A stretch of 27,548 bases of DNA from a virus (Duplodnaviria; Caudoviricetes): positions 1-27,548 of IMG/VR virus record IMGVR_UViG_3300032319_000396. One strand, written 5' to 3'. Position 1 is the stretch's first letter; each line of letters begins with the position of its first letter. A program made the translations under genes and the position numbers. Below are positions 1 through 9,026 of the stretch, piece by piece. The notes below the pieces were generated by a model. That model searched no databases and was not told the DNA's origin. It saw only the letters and a list, made by a program, of their open reading frames with translations.

Positions 1-1
1 A

Positions 2-1177
2 ACTATTTCTGAAGGTACTACTGATTATATTGAGCCTATGAAAAATAGAAAATACTATCCTTCATATTCTCAGGCATTAAAAAGATTAAATTTAATGGCT
101 AAAGAAACTAATACTCTTCATGAGAATAAAGAAGGTATTTCATTATTTTCGGAGCAGAAAAAATTCGTATTGAAAACTCCAAACGCCGAAAAAAAAACAC
201 CTGATTTAGGTTCGGATATTGAAAATGTACCACCTCCACCTGCAGAACCAATGGGAGCAACACCTCCACCAGCACCTGCGGATATGGGAGGTAATGATAT
301 GCCACCACCACCTCCACCACCATCTGGCGATGAAGGAATGGGCGATGAAACGGCACCACTTCCTGATGACATGGGAGGAGAAGAAGGAATGGATGATATG
401 GGTGGTGAAAATGAAGAAGGTGGAGTTACTTTCAAAAGTGTACAAAAACTTACAGGTAAATTGGGTCAAAAATTAAGAACATTAAATTCTAATGAAGAAA
501 ATAAAATGTCTTCAAAAGATGTTAAATACGTTATTAATTCAATATTATCTGCGTTGGATATTGATTCTTTAGACGATGATGATAAAGAAGAAATTATTTC
601 TAAATTTGACGAAATGGGTGATGAAGATAGTGATGAAGACATGCCAGAACCTCCTTCGGACGAAGATATGGGTCAAGAAGAAGATATGGGTCAAGAAGAG
701 GACATGGGTGGTGAAATGAAAGAAGAAAACATATGGAGTGATTTAGTTAAAACAGGTTTAATTAATACTATGGCAGACACCGCAGCCAACACAATGTCAA
801 AAAACGCAAAAATGGGTGAGTTTGGTGAAGAATATGGTGATGATGATAATTCTCATATTCATAGAATAGCGAATGAATTATTTGTCGAAAACAAAGTTGA
901 GAACATTTTAACAAAATATTTTACAATTACCGAAGGAGAAAAAAAATTTAATAGTAAGATTAATAACGATAGAAAAATCGTAAAAAAAATAACACAAAAA
1001 GAAATTACTAAAGAAATTACCAGACTTTCTGAAAATGTAATTCAAGAAGTTAGTTCAAGAAAATTTTTAAATGAAAATAAAAATGCTAAGTTCATTGGAA
1101 AATCAAATAAAAAGAATTTAGTTTTTGAAATTGGTAATAAACAATATAGAGTTTCAACAGGTGGAAATATAATATGA
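2..1177 (+). CDS. Acidic, Pro/Gly-rich hypothetical protein, probable prohead/internal head protein; 5'-truncated by the window edge
   Basis: The frame is open from base 2 (TISEGTTDYIEP) into the ATG at 38. It has poly-Pro and D/E/M/G low-complexity tracts and many (L/F/I)xE sites, and lies upstream of the terminase. Confidence 0.7.
   Translation, partial: TISEGTTDYIEPMKNRKYYPSYSQALKRLNLMAKETNTLHENKEGISLFSEQKKFVLKTPNAEKKTPDLGSDIENVPPPPAEPMGATPPPAPADMGGNDMPPPPPPPSGDEGMGDETAPLPDDMGGEEGMDDMGGENEEGGVTFKSVQKLTGKLGQKLRTLNSNEENKMSSKDVKYVINSILSALDIDSLDDDDKEEIISKFDEMGDEDSDEDMPEPPSDEDMGQEEDMGQEEDMGGEMKEENIWSDLVKTGLINTMADTAANTMSKNAKMGEFGEEYGDDDNSHIHRIANELFVENKVENILTKYFTITEGEKKFNSKINNDRKIVKKITQKEITKEITRLSENVIQEVSSRKFLNENKNAKFIGKSNKKNLVFEIGNKQYRVSTGGNII
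662..709 (+). repeat. 18-bp in-frame tandem repeat GAAGATATGGGTCAAGAA x2 plus a degenerate partial third copy (EDMGQE)
   Basis: Exact copies at 662-679 and 680-697; 698-709 reads GAGGACATGGGT. Confidence 0.85.
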
Positions 1178-1584
1178 GTTATTTAATTTATGTTAATGGT
1201 TTAGGCCCAAATTATAAAGGAGATAATATGTATGAGTTTATTTTTTCCGACGAAATAAAAAATGTTTGGGATGATACGTGGGACGCAAAACCCGCTAACG
1301 GTTATCCAAAACCACCAAGTTTAGAATTTATAAAGAAAGTCGGAGTATTGAAGGACACATCAATTGAGTTTGATTTGATTCAAAATTCCGATTTTTTTAG
1401 TTTTACGGATAGTATGGATGATGTAATCGCATTATCATGGGAAAAAGAAAATGAAGATATTGATTTTACATTAACAAAAAGATTGATATTTAGATTTGGA
1501 GACACTGAAAAATCAGTTAAAGATAAATTATACGAACGAGATGTCGTTCTTGAGTTCGAAAAAAAAGTAGTATATGAAAACTAA
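1174..1584 (+). CDS. Hypothetical phage protein (136 aa)
   Basis: ATGA overlap with the upstream gene; globular-looking composition; tiles the operon. Confidence 0.8.
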   Translation: MSYLIYVNGLGPNYKGDNMYEFIFSDEIKNVWDDTWDAKPANGYPKPPSLEFIKKVGVLKDTSIEFDLIQNSDFFSFTDSMDDVIALSWEKENEDIDFTLTKRLIFRFGDTEKSVKDKLYERDVVLEFEKKVVYEN

Positions 1585-2521
1585 CAAATACGCAGATTTA
1601 GTTAAATTTGGTTTAACACCAAGAACATTAATGACTTTAAGTGAGTCAGATATTAGTAAATTACACACAAACTTAGTTGAGGGTAAAAAAGATGTTTGTC
1701 CAAAATGTGGTATGACAAATTGTAAGTGTAAACATAAAAAAATGGAGACCAAAGAACAAACTACGGGTACCCCGCCAAAAGTTTACGATTTAAGTAATAT
1801 TAATCAACAAAATGCGTTTAACACACAAGTAAATCAACCTACAAAACCAAAAAAAATATCAGTTGCAACTATTAATAATAAAGTAACAGGAGAATTAGTT
1901 ACTGGTAGAGAAGAAGAAGGTACAAAGATTGAAACAAAAGAATCTAAAAAGAAACCCACAAAAAAACAAGAACCAAACCCTTGGGCTATATGTCATTCTC
2001 AAGTAGGTCCTAAAAAAACCCCTAAGTTTGAGAGATGTGTTAGACAAGTAAAACAGTCAATGAAAGAAAATAAAAATCCTTTTGATGTGATTTTAGAAAA
2101 TAAAATCCTATCTTTGGTTGAGAAACATCTTAATCCAAAAATGACAAAAGGAGAACTTATGAATTTATTAGGTAGAAAAATAGTTAATGAAAGTGGTACT
2201 AAAGAAAAAGAAGCACCTGTAAAAGACCCAGGTACTAAAACACCGGCAAAACCAAAAACAAAAGACCCATTTAAGCCTGAGCCACACAAACAACCAAAAC
2301 CAAAGGCTCATCATAACAAACATGAAACTAAAGAGGCAGTAATGGACGCACCGGCACCAACTAAAAAACCAAAGGTTGACCCTGGTACTAAAACTCCATC
2401 GAAACCAAAAACAAAGGACCCATTTAGACCAGAACCACACAAACAACCAAATCCAAAAGCGAATAAAAGAATACCAAGTTGGTTAACATTTAATAATTTA
2501 GGAATCAAATTCAAAAAATAA
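1574..2521 (+). CDS. Lys/Pro-rich modular protein, putative internal head protein
   Basis: N-terminal LSESDISKL..LVE segment, CPKCGMTNCKC cluster, NPWAIC...FERCV module, duplicated K/P-rich unit and repeated ETKE. Confidence 0.75.
   Translation: MKTNKYADLVKFGLTPRTLMTLSESDISKLHTNLVEGKKDVCPKCGMTNCKCKHKKMETKEQTTGTPPKVYDLSNINQQNAFNTQVNQPTKPKKISVATINNKVTGELVTGREEEGTKIETKESKKKPTKKQEPNPWAICHSQVGPKKTPKFERCVRQVKQSMKENKNPFDVILENKILSLVEKHLNPKMTKGELMNLLGRKIVNESGTKEKEAPVKDPGTKTPAKPKTKDPFKPEPHKQPKPKAHHNKHETKEAVMDAPAPTKKPKVDPGTKTPSKPKTKDPFRPEPHKQPNPKANKRIPSWLTFNNLGIKFKK
2225..2461 (+). repeat. Internal 84-bp / 28-aa duplication (DPGTKTPxKPKTKDPFxPEPHKQPxPKA)
   Basis: Copies at 2225-2308 and 2378-2461; 25/28 aa identical, with many synonymous differences. 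Confidence 0.9.
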
Positions 2522-3789
2522 TGAAAAGTAAAAGAATTAAAGAACAAATTGATTACGGTGATTATCCGGAAAGGATGCACCCAAGTATACAGGGTAAATT
2601 AGAAAGAGGTGAAACACCATATTCTAAACATCCGGCAATGCCTGAAGGTGAAAAAAGTTTTGACCAAATTGTGGCATCTAAAAGATTTAAAGACGTTGTC
2701 GATAAATTTGCAAGATACGCTGGGTCAAGAGACCAATTAACTCATCCAAATGCGTTCATGAACTTAATGAGAACTGCTATGGGTTTAATGGGTAATATTG
2801 GTCAGGTAGAACAAAGAAACAAACAATATTTAGAGAATCTTGCCGTTGACTTGGTAAAAAAACAAATGGGTATACCTGAAGGTAAAATTAACTTTGAAGC
2901 TAGTTTAGTTCCTATGGGTGCAATACAAGCAGCTGAAGATATGCAAGGACAATCAGAGGAATTCTCAGATGAAGATATTGAGGACGCATTTGGTGAACAT
3001 TCCGACGAATTACAAGCGTTTGAAGATGCCTTTGAAAAGTTCGACATGGAAAAGGCCAAAAGAAGATTCATGAACTCTTTAATACAGGGGGCATCTAAAA
3101 AAGGACACTACATGTTCGAATTGGTGAGAACTGAAATAGAAAGAGTTAATCCCCAATTAATGAACTGGTATGGTTTATCTATGGCTATTTTGGATTATCT
3201 ATATTGGATGTACCCTGAAGATATGGTAATGAGTATGTCAGCGTCAGGTCAAGGTCAAGCAGGTCAAGAAGAAGTTGATTTACAAACAGACCCACCAACA
3301 GTAAGAGCTAAAGGGGCTAGTTTCCCTATTTTAGTTCATGAATTACTTAAAGGTGTTTATGATGTTTTAGGTTCACATGGTTTACCTGATGACCCAAGAC
3401 AAGCCGAAATGGTTAAAAATTCTGAGGATACATTACCTGCAGAAGTTTGGGATTTAAGATTAGGACCAATTTTTTGGGAGAAATTTTTGGAATCATTTCC
3501 TGATGAGTTATTTGAGGAGGACCAAAAAATGATACAGAATTATCTTATTTCAAGATTTGCAATGTTAACCGCTGATGAATTTTTAAGTTTATCTAAAAAG
3601 ATTTTATCAGGTAGTCCTGAGGGTAAAAAATACATTCAGAAAATGGTTGATGATATCGTTGCTAGTTTAAGAGAGGACGATTATAACCAATCTATGGGTG
3701 ATTATGATGATGATGGAGGTGATGACGACGATGATGATGATGACGGATTAGGTGATTTTTTAGGTGGATTAGGAATTAGAAAAAGTTAA
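2521..3789 (+). CDS. Hypothetical protein (422 aa) immediately upstream of the terminase
   Basis: Long ORF with a TAATG overlap to the previous gene; helical-looking; acidic C-terminal tail; followed by a hairpin. Confidence 0.85.
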   Translation: MKSKRIKEQIDYGDYPERMHPSIQGKLERGETPYSKHPAMPEGEKSFDQIVASKRFKDVVDKFARYAGSRDQLTHPNAFMNLMRTAMGLMGNIGQVEQRNKQYLENLAVDLVKKQMGIPEGKINFEASLVPMGAIQAAEDMQGQSEEFSDEDIEDAFGEHSDELQAFEDAFEKFDMEKAKRRFMNSLIQGASKKGHYMFELVRTEIERVNPQLMNWYGLSMAILDYLYWMYPEDMVMSMSASGQGQAGQEEVDLQTDPPTVRAKGASFPILVHELLKGVYDVLGSHGLPDDPRQAEMVKNSEDTLPAEVWDLRLGPIFWEKFLESFPDELFEEDQKMIQNYLISRFAMLTADEFLSLSKKILSGSPEGKKYIQKMVDDIVASLREDDYNQSMGDYDDDGGDDDDDDDDGLGDFLGGLGIRKS

Positions 3790-3811
3790 ATAAACTAATT
3801 AAAAATAATAA

Positions 3812-3843
3812 AAACCCCTCCGTTGAATAAACGTGAGGGGTTT
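3812..3843 (+). terminator. Hairpin, probable intrinsic terminator
   Basis: AAACCCCTC-CGTT ... AACG-T-GAGGGGTTT inverted repeat in the intergenic gap; short U tract. Confidence 0.6.
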
Positions 3844-3845
3844 GG

Positions 3846-3852
3846 TATTTAT
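3846..3852 (+). promoter_or_regulatory. TATTTAT putative late promoter element
   Basis: 5 nt upstream of the terminase ATG at 3858; the same motif recurs before other structural genes. Confidence 0.55.
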
Positions 3853-3857
3853 TGTAT

Positions 3858-5627
3858 ATGAGTTTATCAAAAGAACAATTAATTTTAGAATACACTAAAT
3901 GTGTTAAGAACACACCTTATGCTCTTAGAACATACTTACAGACATATGATAATACGGTGTCTCAGTACGTACCATTAGAATTATTCCCTGACCAAGTATC
4001 TTTGCTTGAGGATTATGAAACACATAATGAAAATATTGCATTAAAGTATAGGCAGGCGGGTGTAACAACAGTTACCGCAGCTTGGGCCTCAAAAAGGTTG
4101 GCATTTGCATCAAAAAAGAAACCTGAAAAGATTTTGATTATTGCAAACAAGTTGGATACTGCGATTGAAATGGCGAATAAGGTTAGAGCCTTTACTTCTC
4201 AATGGCCAAAATGGACCGGTATTGATTTCTCAAAAGAAAAAGATTCTCAAAGGCATTATAAGTTAAATAACGGATGTGAGGTTAAAGCCGTTGCAACATC
4301 AAAGGATGCCCTTCGTGGTTATACCCCAACAATACTAATATTTGATGAGGCGGCTTATATTGAGGCCGACAGTGACTTTTGGGCTGCTTGTATGGCCTCA
4401 CTATCTACGGGTGGTAAGGTTATTGTAATATCAACACCAAATGGATTTGACCCAATTTATTATGAAATTTATGACCAAGCATTGAGGTCAATGAATGAAT
4501 TTAAGATATCTGAAATGTTTTGGTATAAAGACCCAAGATATACCAAAGATTTGAAGCTGATTAAAATAGATGATTTAGTACATTATTTCTTAAATAGAAA
4601 CGACTATAAAGAACCTGAAACAATTGATTTTTCGGGTATTGATTTTAAGGATAGGAATTATGAAGAAATAAAAAATAAAATAGCTGATGGATATAAACCA
4701 ACATCGAGTTGGTTTGAGGGAATGGTTAAGAAATTAAAGTTTGATAAGAGAAAAATATCTCAAGAGTTGGAGTGTAATTTCTTGGGTTCGGGTGATAACG
4801 TTTTTGATTCAAAACAATTACAAAATATCTTCCAAAATATGTTAAAAGAACCTGAGAATAAATTAATGAGTAATTCTTTATGGATTTGGAAGGAACCCGT
4901 TTCAGGTCACAAGTATATTATGGGTATGGACGTATCCAGAGGTGATTCTGAGGACTTTACCTCATTAGTGATAATTGACTTTGATGAGAGAGAACAAGTG
5001 TTAGAATACGTGGGTAAAATACCTCCTGACGTAGCCGCGGAGGTTGCCTATAAGTGGGGTTTGATGTATAACGCATATATCGTTATTGATATTACAGGTG
5101 GTATGGGGGTCGCTAGTGCAAGAAAACTACAAGAAATGGGTTATAAGAATCTATATATTGATGGTGTTGATATGGCAAATCCATGGAAGTATAATCCAAA
5201 AGCTTTAGAAAAAATTCCAGGAATTAACTTTAATAATAAAAGGGTTCAGATAATTGCGTCATTTGAGGAAGCTTTAAGACACGGATTTAGAATGTATAGT
5301 CATAGGTTATTTAACGAAATGAACACCTTTATCTATATTAACGGTAGACCTGACCACCAAAAGGGGCATCATGACGATTTAATTATGGGTATCTCTATGG
5401 CAACATATGTTGGTGAGAGTTCATTCAGTCAATTAACGAAGGCGACAGAACAAACCAAAGCGATGTTAAACTCATGGCAAGTAAATGTTAATGAAGAAAC
5501 AAGTAAAGCGGTATCGTTTAATCCCGTATTACCATCAGGCCCAATGATGGGAAATCAAAGATTTGACAATGAACCAACTAGAAAAGATTATGAAACATAT
5601 GGTTGGTTATTTGGTTCAAGAAGATAG
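3858..5627 (+). CDS. terL: Terminase large subunit (T4 gp17-like)
   Basis: LFPDQ adenine-binding motif, Walker A-like KYRQAGVTT, Walker B ILIFDEAA, STPNG motif III, QELECNF, nuclease GMDVSRG and HHDDL motifs. ATG at 3858 preferred over TTG at 3852. Confidence 0.96.
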   Translation: MSLSKEQLILEYTKCVKNTPYALRTYLQTYDNTVSQYVPLELFPDQVSLLEDYETHNENIALKYRQAGVTTVTAAWASKRLAFASKKKPEKILIIANKLDTAIEMANKVRAFTSQWPKWTGIDFSKEKDSQRHYKLNNGCEVKAVATSKDALRGYTPTILIFDEAAYIEADSDFWAACMASLSTGGKVIVISTPNGFDPIYYEIYDQALRSMNEFKISEMFWYKDPRYTKDLKLIKIDDLVHYFLNRNDYKEPETIDFSGIDFKDRNYEEIKNKIADGYKPTSSWFEGMVKKLKFDKRKISQELECNFLGSGDNVFDSKQLQNIFQNMLKEPENKLMSNSLWIWKEPVSGHKYIMGMDVSRGDSEDFTSLVIIDFDEREQVLEYVGKIPPDVAAEVAYKWGLMYNAYIVIDITGGMGVASARKLQEMGYKNLYIDGVDMANPWKYNPKALEKIPGINFNNKRVQIIASFEEALRHGFRMYSHRLFNEMNTFIYINGRPDHQKGHHDDLIMGISMATYVGESSFSQLTKATEQTKAMLNSWQVNVNEETSKAVSFNPVLPSGPMMGNQRFDNEPTRKDYETYGWLFGSRR

Positions 5628-5635
5628 TATTTATA
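5628..5635 (+). promoter_or_regulatory. TATTTATA putative late promoter element
   Basis: Directly after the terminase stop, about 28 nt before the portal ATG. Confidence 0.55.
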
Positions 5636-5663
5636 AAAAAAACAATTAGATTAAATTTAATAG

Positions 5664-7538
5664 ATGGAACAGAATACTCAAAATAATCAAAATGGTCAGA
5701 ATTTAACAATATGGCAAAGGTTATCACAGACCTTTGGACCCAACTCTTTATTAAATCAAGATTATCCGACATTTAGATACGATAAGAAAGAATTATTAAA
5801 GACCACAAATAAACAAGAATTTGAGAAACAAAAATTACAAGGACAACAAACCGTATATCTTGCTCAACAGTGGACAAAAATAGAAAATAATCTTTACACT
5901 CAAGGGGTTTACTTTGAACCAACAAGATTGGCGTCGTATTATGATTACGAAAGTATGGAATATACTCCTGAAATTTCGGCAGCATTAGACATATACGCTG
6001 AAGAATCAACAACTGTAAATCAGAATGGTTTTATTCTTCAAATATACTCAGAATCAAAACGTATTAAATCGGTATTGGCGGATTTGTTTAACAATGCTTT
6101 AGATATTAATACTAACTTGGTGATGTGGACTAGAAATGTTTGTAAATATGGTGATAATTTTGTTTACTTAAAACTTGACCCCGAAAAAGGGATTGTTGGT
6201 TGTCTACAATTACCTAATATTGAGATTGAAAGAGTTGAAAAGGGTATGAAGGGTAAATCTAATTTGGATAACAACGAATCAGAACAAAAAACATTAAGAT
6301 TTAATTGGAAAAATAGAGATTTAGAATTTAACACTTGGGAGATTGCTCACTTTAGATTATTAGGTGACGATAGAAAACTTCCTTATGGTACATCAATGTT
6401 AGAAAAGGCTAGACGTATTTGGAAACAACTTTTGTTATCTGAAGATGCCATGTTAATTTATCGTACATCAAGAGCCCCTGAAAGAAGAATGTTTAAGGTG
6501 TTTGTTGGTAATATGGATGATAAGGATGTTGAAGCGTACGTACAACGTGTTGCTAATAAATTTAAGAGAGACCAAGTTGTTGACCATAAATCAGGTAACG
6601 TAGATTTACGTTTTAATCAAATGGCGGTCGACCAAGATTATTTTATACCTGTTAGAGATGCCGCAGCACCCGACCCAATTACAACATTACCAGGTGCTCA
6701 AAACCTATCAGAAATTGCCGATATTGAGTATATCCAAAAGAAATTATTAACCGCTTTAAGAGTACCAAAAGCGTTTTTAGGGTTTGAAGAGGTTGCTGGT
6801 GATGGTAAAAACTTATCATTACAAGATATTCGTTTTGCAAGAACTATTAATAGAATACAAAAAAGTATGTTAGCAGAAATGAATAAAATCGCTATTATAC
6901 ATTTGTTTTTACTTGGATTTGAGGATGAGTTATCCAATTTCACATTATCCTTGACAAACCCATCGACTCAAGCCGACTTGTTAAAAGTTGATGTTTGGAA
7001 AGAAAAAGTTTTGTTATACAAAGACGCAACAACCAAAGTTGAAGGAATTGCTCCAGTATCTCACTCATGGGCCAAAAAACATATATTGGGTATGTCAGAC
7101 GAAGAAATTAAACTTGACATTCAACAACAAAGAATTGAAAAGGCCGTTGCCACCGAACTTGAAAATACCGCAACTGTTATTGTTAAAACAGGTATTTTTG
7201 ACAATATTGATAAGTTATATGGCTCGACCTCAGGTACTACCGCAGGTGCCGCTCCATCTGCCGGAGGAGAAGAAACCGCACCAGAACCGGGAGGATTAGG
7301 TGGATTAGGAGCACCACCATCAGGAGGAGACGAAGGGGGAGGAGCACCTCCACCGCCAGGAGGGGAAGCACCACCACCTGGAGGAGAAGTAACACCCGAA
7401 TCTAAAAAAGATTCTAACTACAATATCTTATTAGAAAATGATGATATGTTAATGGATGATGAAATAATTGATTTGTCTAGAGCCAAAAATTATTTAGGTG
7501 AAATGGAGGAGCAATTGAATAAACTCTTAAATGACTAA
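5664..7538 (+). CDS. Portal protein (T4 gp20-like)
   Basis: YESMEYTPEISAALDIYAEE, LLLSEDAMLIYRTSRAPERRMFKVFVGNM, QDYFIPVR, ITTLPGAQNLSEIADIEYIQKKLLTALRVP and DIRFARTINRIQ match gp20 hallmarks; follows terL. Confidence 0.96.
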   Translation: MEQNTQNNQNGQNLTIWQRLSQTFGPNSLLNQDYPTFRYDKKELLKTTNKQEFEKQKLQGQQTVYLAQQWTKIENNLYTQGVYFEPTRLASYYDYESMEYTPEISAALDIYAEESTTVNQNGFILQIYSESKRIKSVLADLFNNALDINTNLVMWTRNVCKYGDNFVYLKLDPEKGIVGCLQLPNIEIERVEKGMKGKSNLDNNESEQKTLRFNWKNRDLEFNTWEIAHFRLLGDDRKLPYGTSMLEKARRIWKQLLLSEDAMLIYRTSRAPERRMFKVFVGNMDDKDVEAYVQRVANKFKRDQVVDHKSGNVDLRFNQMAVDQDYFIPVRDAAAPDPITTLPGAQNLSEIADIEYIQKKLLTALRVPKAFLGFEEVAGDGKNLSLQDIRFARTINRIQKSMLAEMNKIAIIHLFLLGFEDELSNFTLSLTNPSTQADLLKVDVWKEKVLLYKDATTKVEGIAPVSHSWAKKHILGMSDEEIKLDIQQQRIEKAVATELENTATVIVKTGIFDNIDKLYGSTSGTTAGAAPSAGGEETAPEPGGLGGLGAPPSGGDEGGGAPPPPGGEAPPPGGEVTPESKKDSNYNILLENDDMLMDDEIIDLSRAKNYLGEMEEQLNKLLND

Positions 7539-7545
7539 TATTTAT
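7539..7545 (+). promoter_or_regulatory. TATTTAT putative late promoter element
   Basis: In the 23-nt gap between the portal and the next gene. Confidence 0.55.
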
Positions 7546-7561
7546 TGTAAATTATAATATC

Positions 7562-8266
7562 ATGGAATTTGGAATATTAAAATCAAAAATAGAAAAAAAA
7601 TTAACTGAATCGTATACAAATAACAACTTCAATAAAGAAATTAAGACCTTTAAAGACGTTGTTTTGAAAAATGATAGTATCAGTAGGGCTTATCACATAT
7701 ACAATGAAATTTCTAAAACTAAAGGGTTTGATAAGAAATTCGCCGAGGATTATGTTAATGAGTGTATAGATATTTTCAATAGAATTAAGTTTTCTAAGAA
7801 ATCTATTTCATTGTTAGAATCTTGGGTTAGAAACATTAAATGTGAAAATCAATATAAAGATATTGATACTATTTTTAATAAAACTACTTTGGTTATTGAG
7901 AATATTATTGATAGTAAAAATAGAATTATTTCAAATTTAACTACTAAAGAATCCACAACTGAACTTATTAATATCCCTTTGGAAAAAATTGTTGAGGTTG
8001 CTAATGAAAACTTAAAAAATTATTTATCTGACCTAAACGAATCCGAATTGAATCAGGTTAAAAAATATTTAACATTACCTAAAAATGAAATATCTAAAAG
8101 ATATGAAGTTTTAAGTGAACTTGTAATTGAAAAATTAGAGAATATGTTAACCGAATCAGACAATGAAACTAAAGAGAAAATAACTGAAACAATTTCTAAA
8201 ATTAAAAACGATACTATAGATTCAATATCTCTAATAAAATTAAAAACTCTTAACGAGAACTTGTAA
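7562..8266 (+). CDS. Hypothetical helical protein in the head module (234 aa)
   Basis: Long ORF after the portal; several LxE sites (LTES, LNES, LNEN). Confidence 0.8.
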   Translation: MEFGILKSKIEKKLTESYTNNNFNKEIKTFKDVVLKNDSISRAYHIYNEISKTKGFDKKFAEDYVNECIDIFNRIKFSKKSISLLESWVRNIKCENQYKDIDTIFNKTTLVIENIIDSKNRIISNLTTKESTTELINIPLEKIVEVANENLKNYLSDLNESELNQVKKYLTLPKNEISKRYEVLSELVIEKLENMLTESDNETKEKITETISKIKNDTIDSISLIKLKTLNENL

Positions 8267-8438
8267 TTTTTTGTTGGTAAATCGCTTTCTTCTTTTGGGT
8301 TCTTAAAACAACGGATTTTTTAGTGTACTCTTTTTTTTCTCTCAAAATGTCGTTTTGTTTTGTTTTTATAACCTTATTTTTTAACATTTTAAGTGCCTTA
8401 TCTATTGGCGTTTTGTTATCTAAATTTACTATTATCAT
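8250..8438 (-). CDS. rpsU: Phage-encoded 30S ribosomal protein bS21 (62 aa)
   Basis: MIIV..IDKALKMLKNKVIKTKQNDILREKKEYTKKSVVLRTQKKKAIY matches the bS21 pattern (IDxALKxxKxK..LRxxxxxxKxSVxxR..KAxY). The start is placed at ATG 8438 to give canonical length. Confidence 0.88.
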   Translation of the reverse strand: MIIVNLDNKTPIDKALKMLKNKVIKTKQNDILREKKEYTKKSVVLRTQKKKAIYQQKITSSR

Positions 8439-8472
8439 ATAATTACAAATATCACCAAAAATAGTAAAATTC

Positions 8473-8504
8473 TTTGACATGTCGACTTTTATTGTGTATT
8501 TTTA
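8473..8504 (+). promoter_or_regulatory. Host-type promoter candidate TTTG-N20-TATTTTTA (also readable as TTGACA-N17-TATTTT)
   Basis: Spacing fits the Bacteroidota sigma-A consensus TTTG-N19-21-TAnnTTTG with a last-base mismatch; upstream of gene 8535. Confidence 0.5.
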
Positions 8505-8534
8505 TAAAAAATAAACTACACATAATGGAAAAAA

Positions 8535-8984
8535 ATGAAGAAAGGAAAAAGTACGAAACTAACGGGTTATCGTTCTTATAAAGTGAACTATGGAACAGTA
8601 GATTCAAGAACATTAAAATCAATTTACCTCAACATTCAAACTTGGGCTGAACCTAAAAAAGAAATAGAAACACCACTAAGGTCAGTTAACAATTTATCAA
8701 GACAAATAAAACACACAATTTTAGACCATCTAAATACAAACATTTTTAACGAAAAATTCATCGTTGATTTAGATTTAAGGTCAAGCGGGATTCAACTAAA
8801 TAAAAAATCATTTCTAAATTTAGAATGTTTTTTTTACCTAAAAAACCAAAACGAAGATTTTAAGTCCCTATTACTTAAGAATGAAATTAAAAAGATTACA
8901 GACGGAATCATAAATAAAAACTTCAGAAAGAACGATTCTTACTCATTTTACTTAACCAAAAAAGAAACTATTTCCACCAAATAA
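8535..8984 (+). CDS. Hypothetical basic protein (149 aa), divergent from bS21
   Basis: Clean ORF with an alpha/beta pattern (YGTVD...IYLNIQTW...FIVDLDLRSSGI). Confidence 0.8.
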   Translation: MKKGKSTKLTGYRSYKVNYGTVDSRTLKSIYLNIQTWAEPKKEIETPLRSVNNLSRQIKHTILDHLNTNIFNEKFIVDLDLRSSGIQLNKKSFLNLECFFYLKNQNEDFKSLLLKNEIKKITDGIINKNFRKNDSYSFYLTKKETISTK

Positions 8985-9005
8985 TGAAATATACCTTAAA
9001 CAACA

Positions 9006-9012
9006 TATTTAT
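9006..9012 (+). promoter_or_regulatory. TATTTAT putative late promoter element
   Basis: 14 nt before the protease ATG. Confidence 0.55.
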
Positions 9013-9026
9013 TATAAAATAATAAT

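Noticed and set aside
108-476. Four overlapping alternative-frame ORFs (108-359, 118-435, 206-469, 219-476)
   Set aside because: Shadows of the GC-richer Pro/Gly tract of the real + strand gene.
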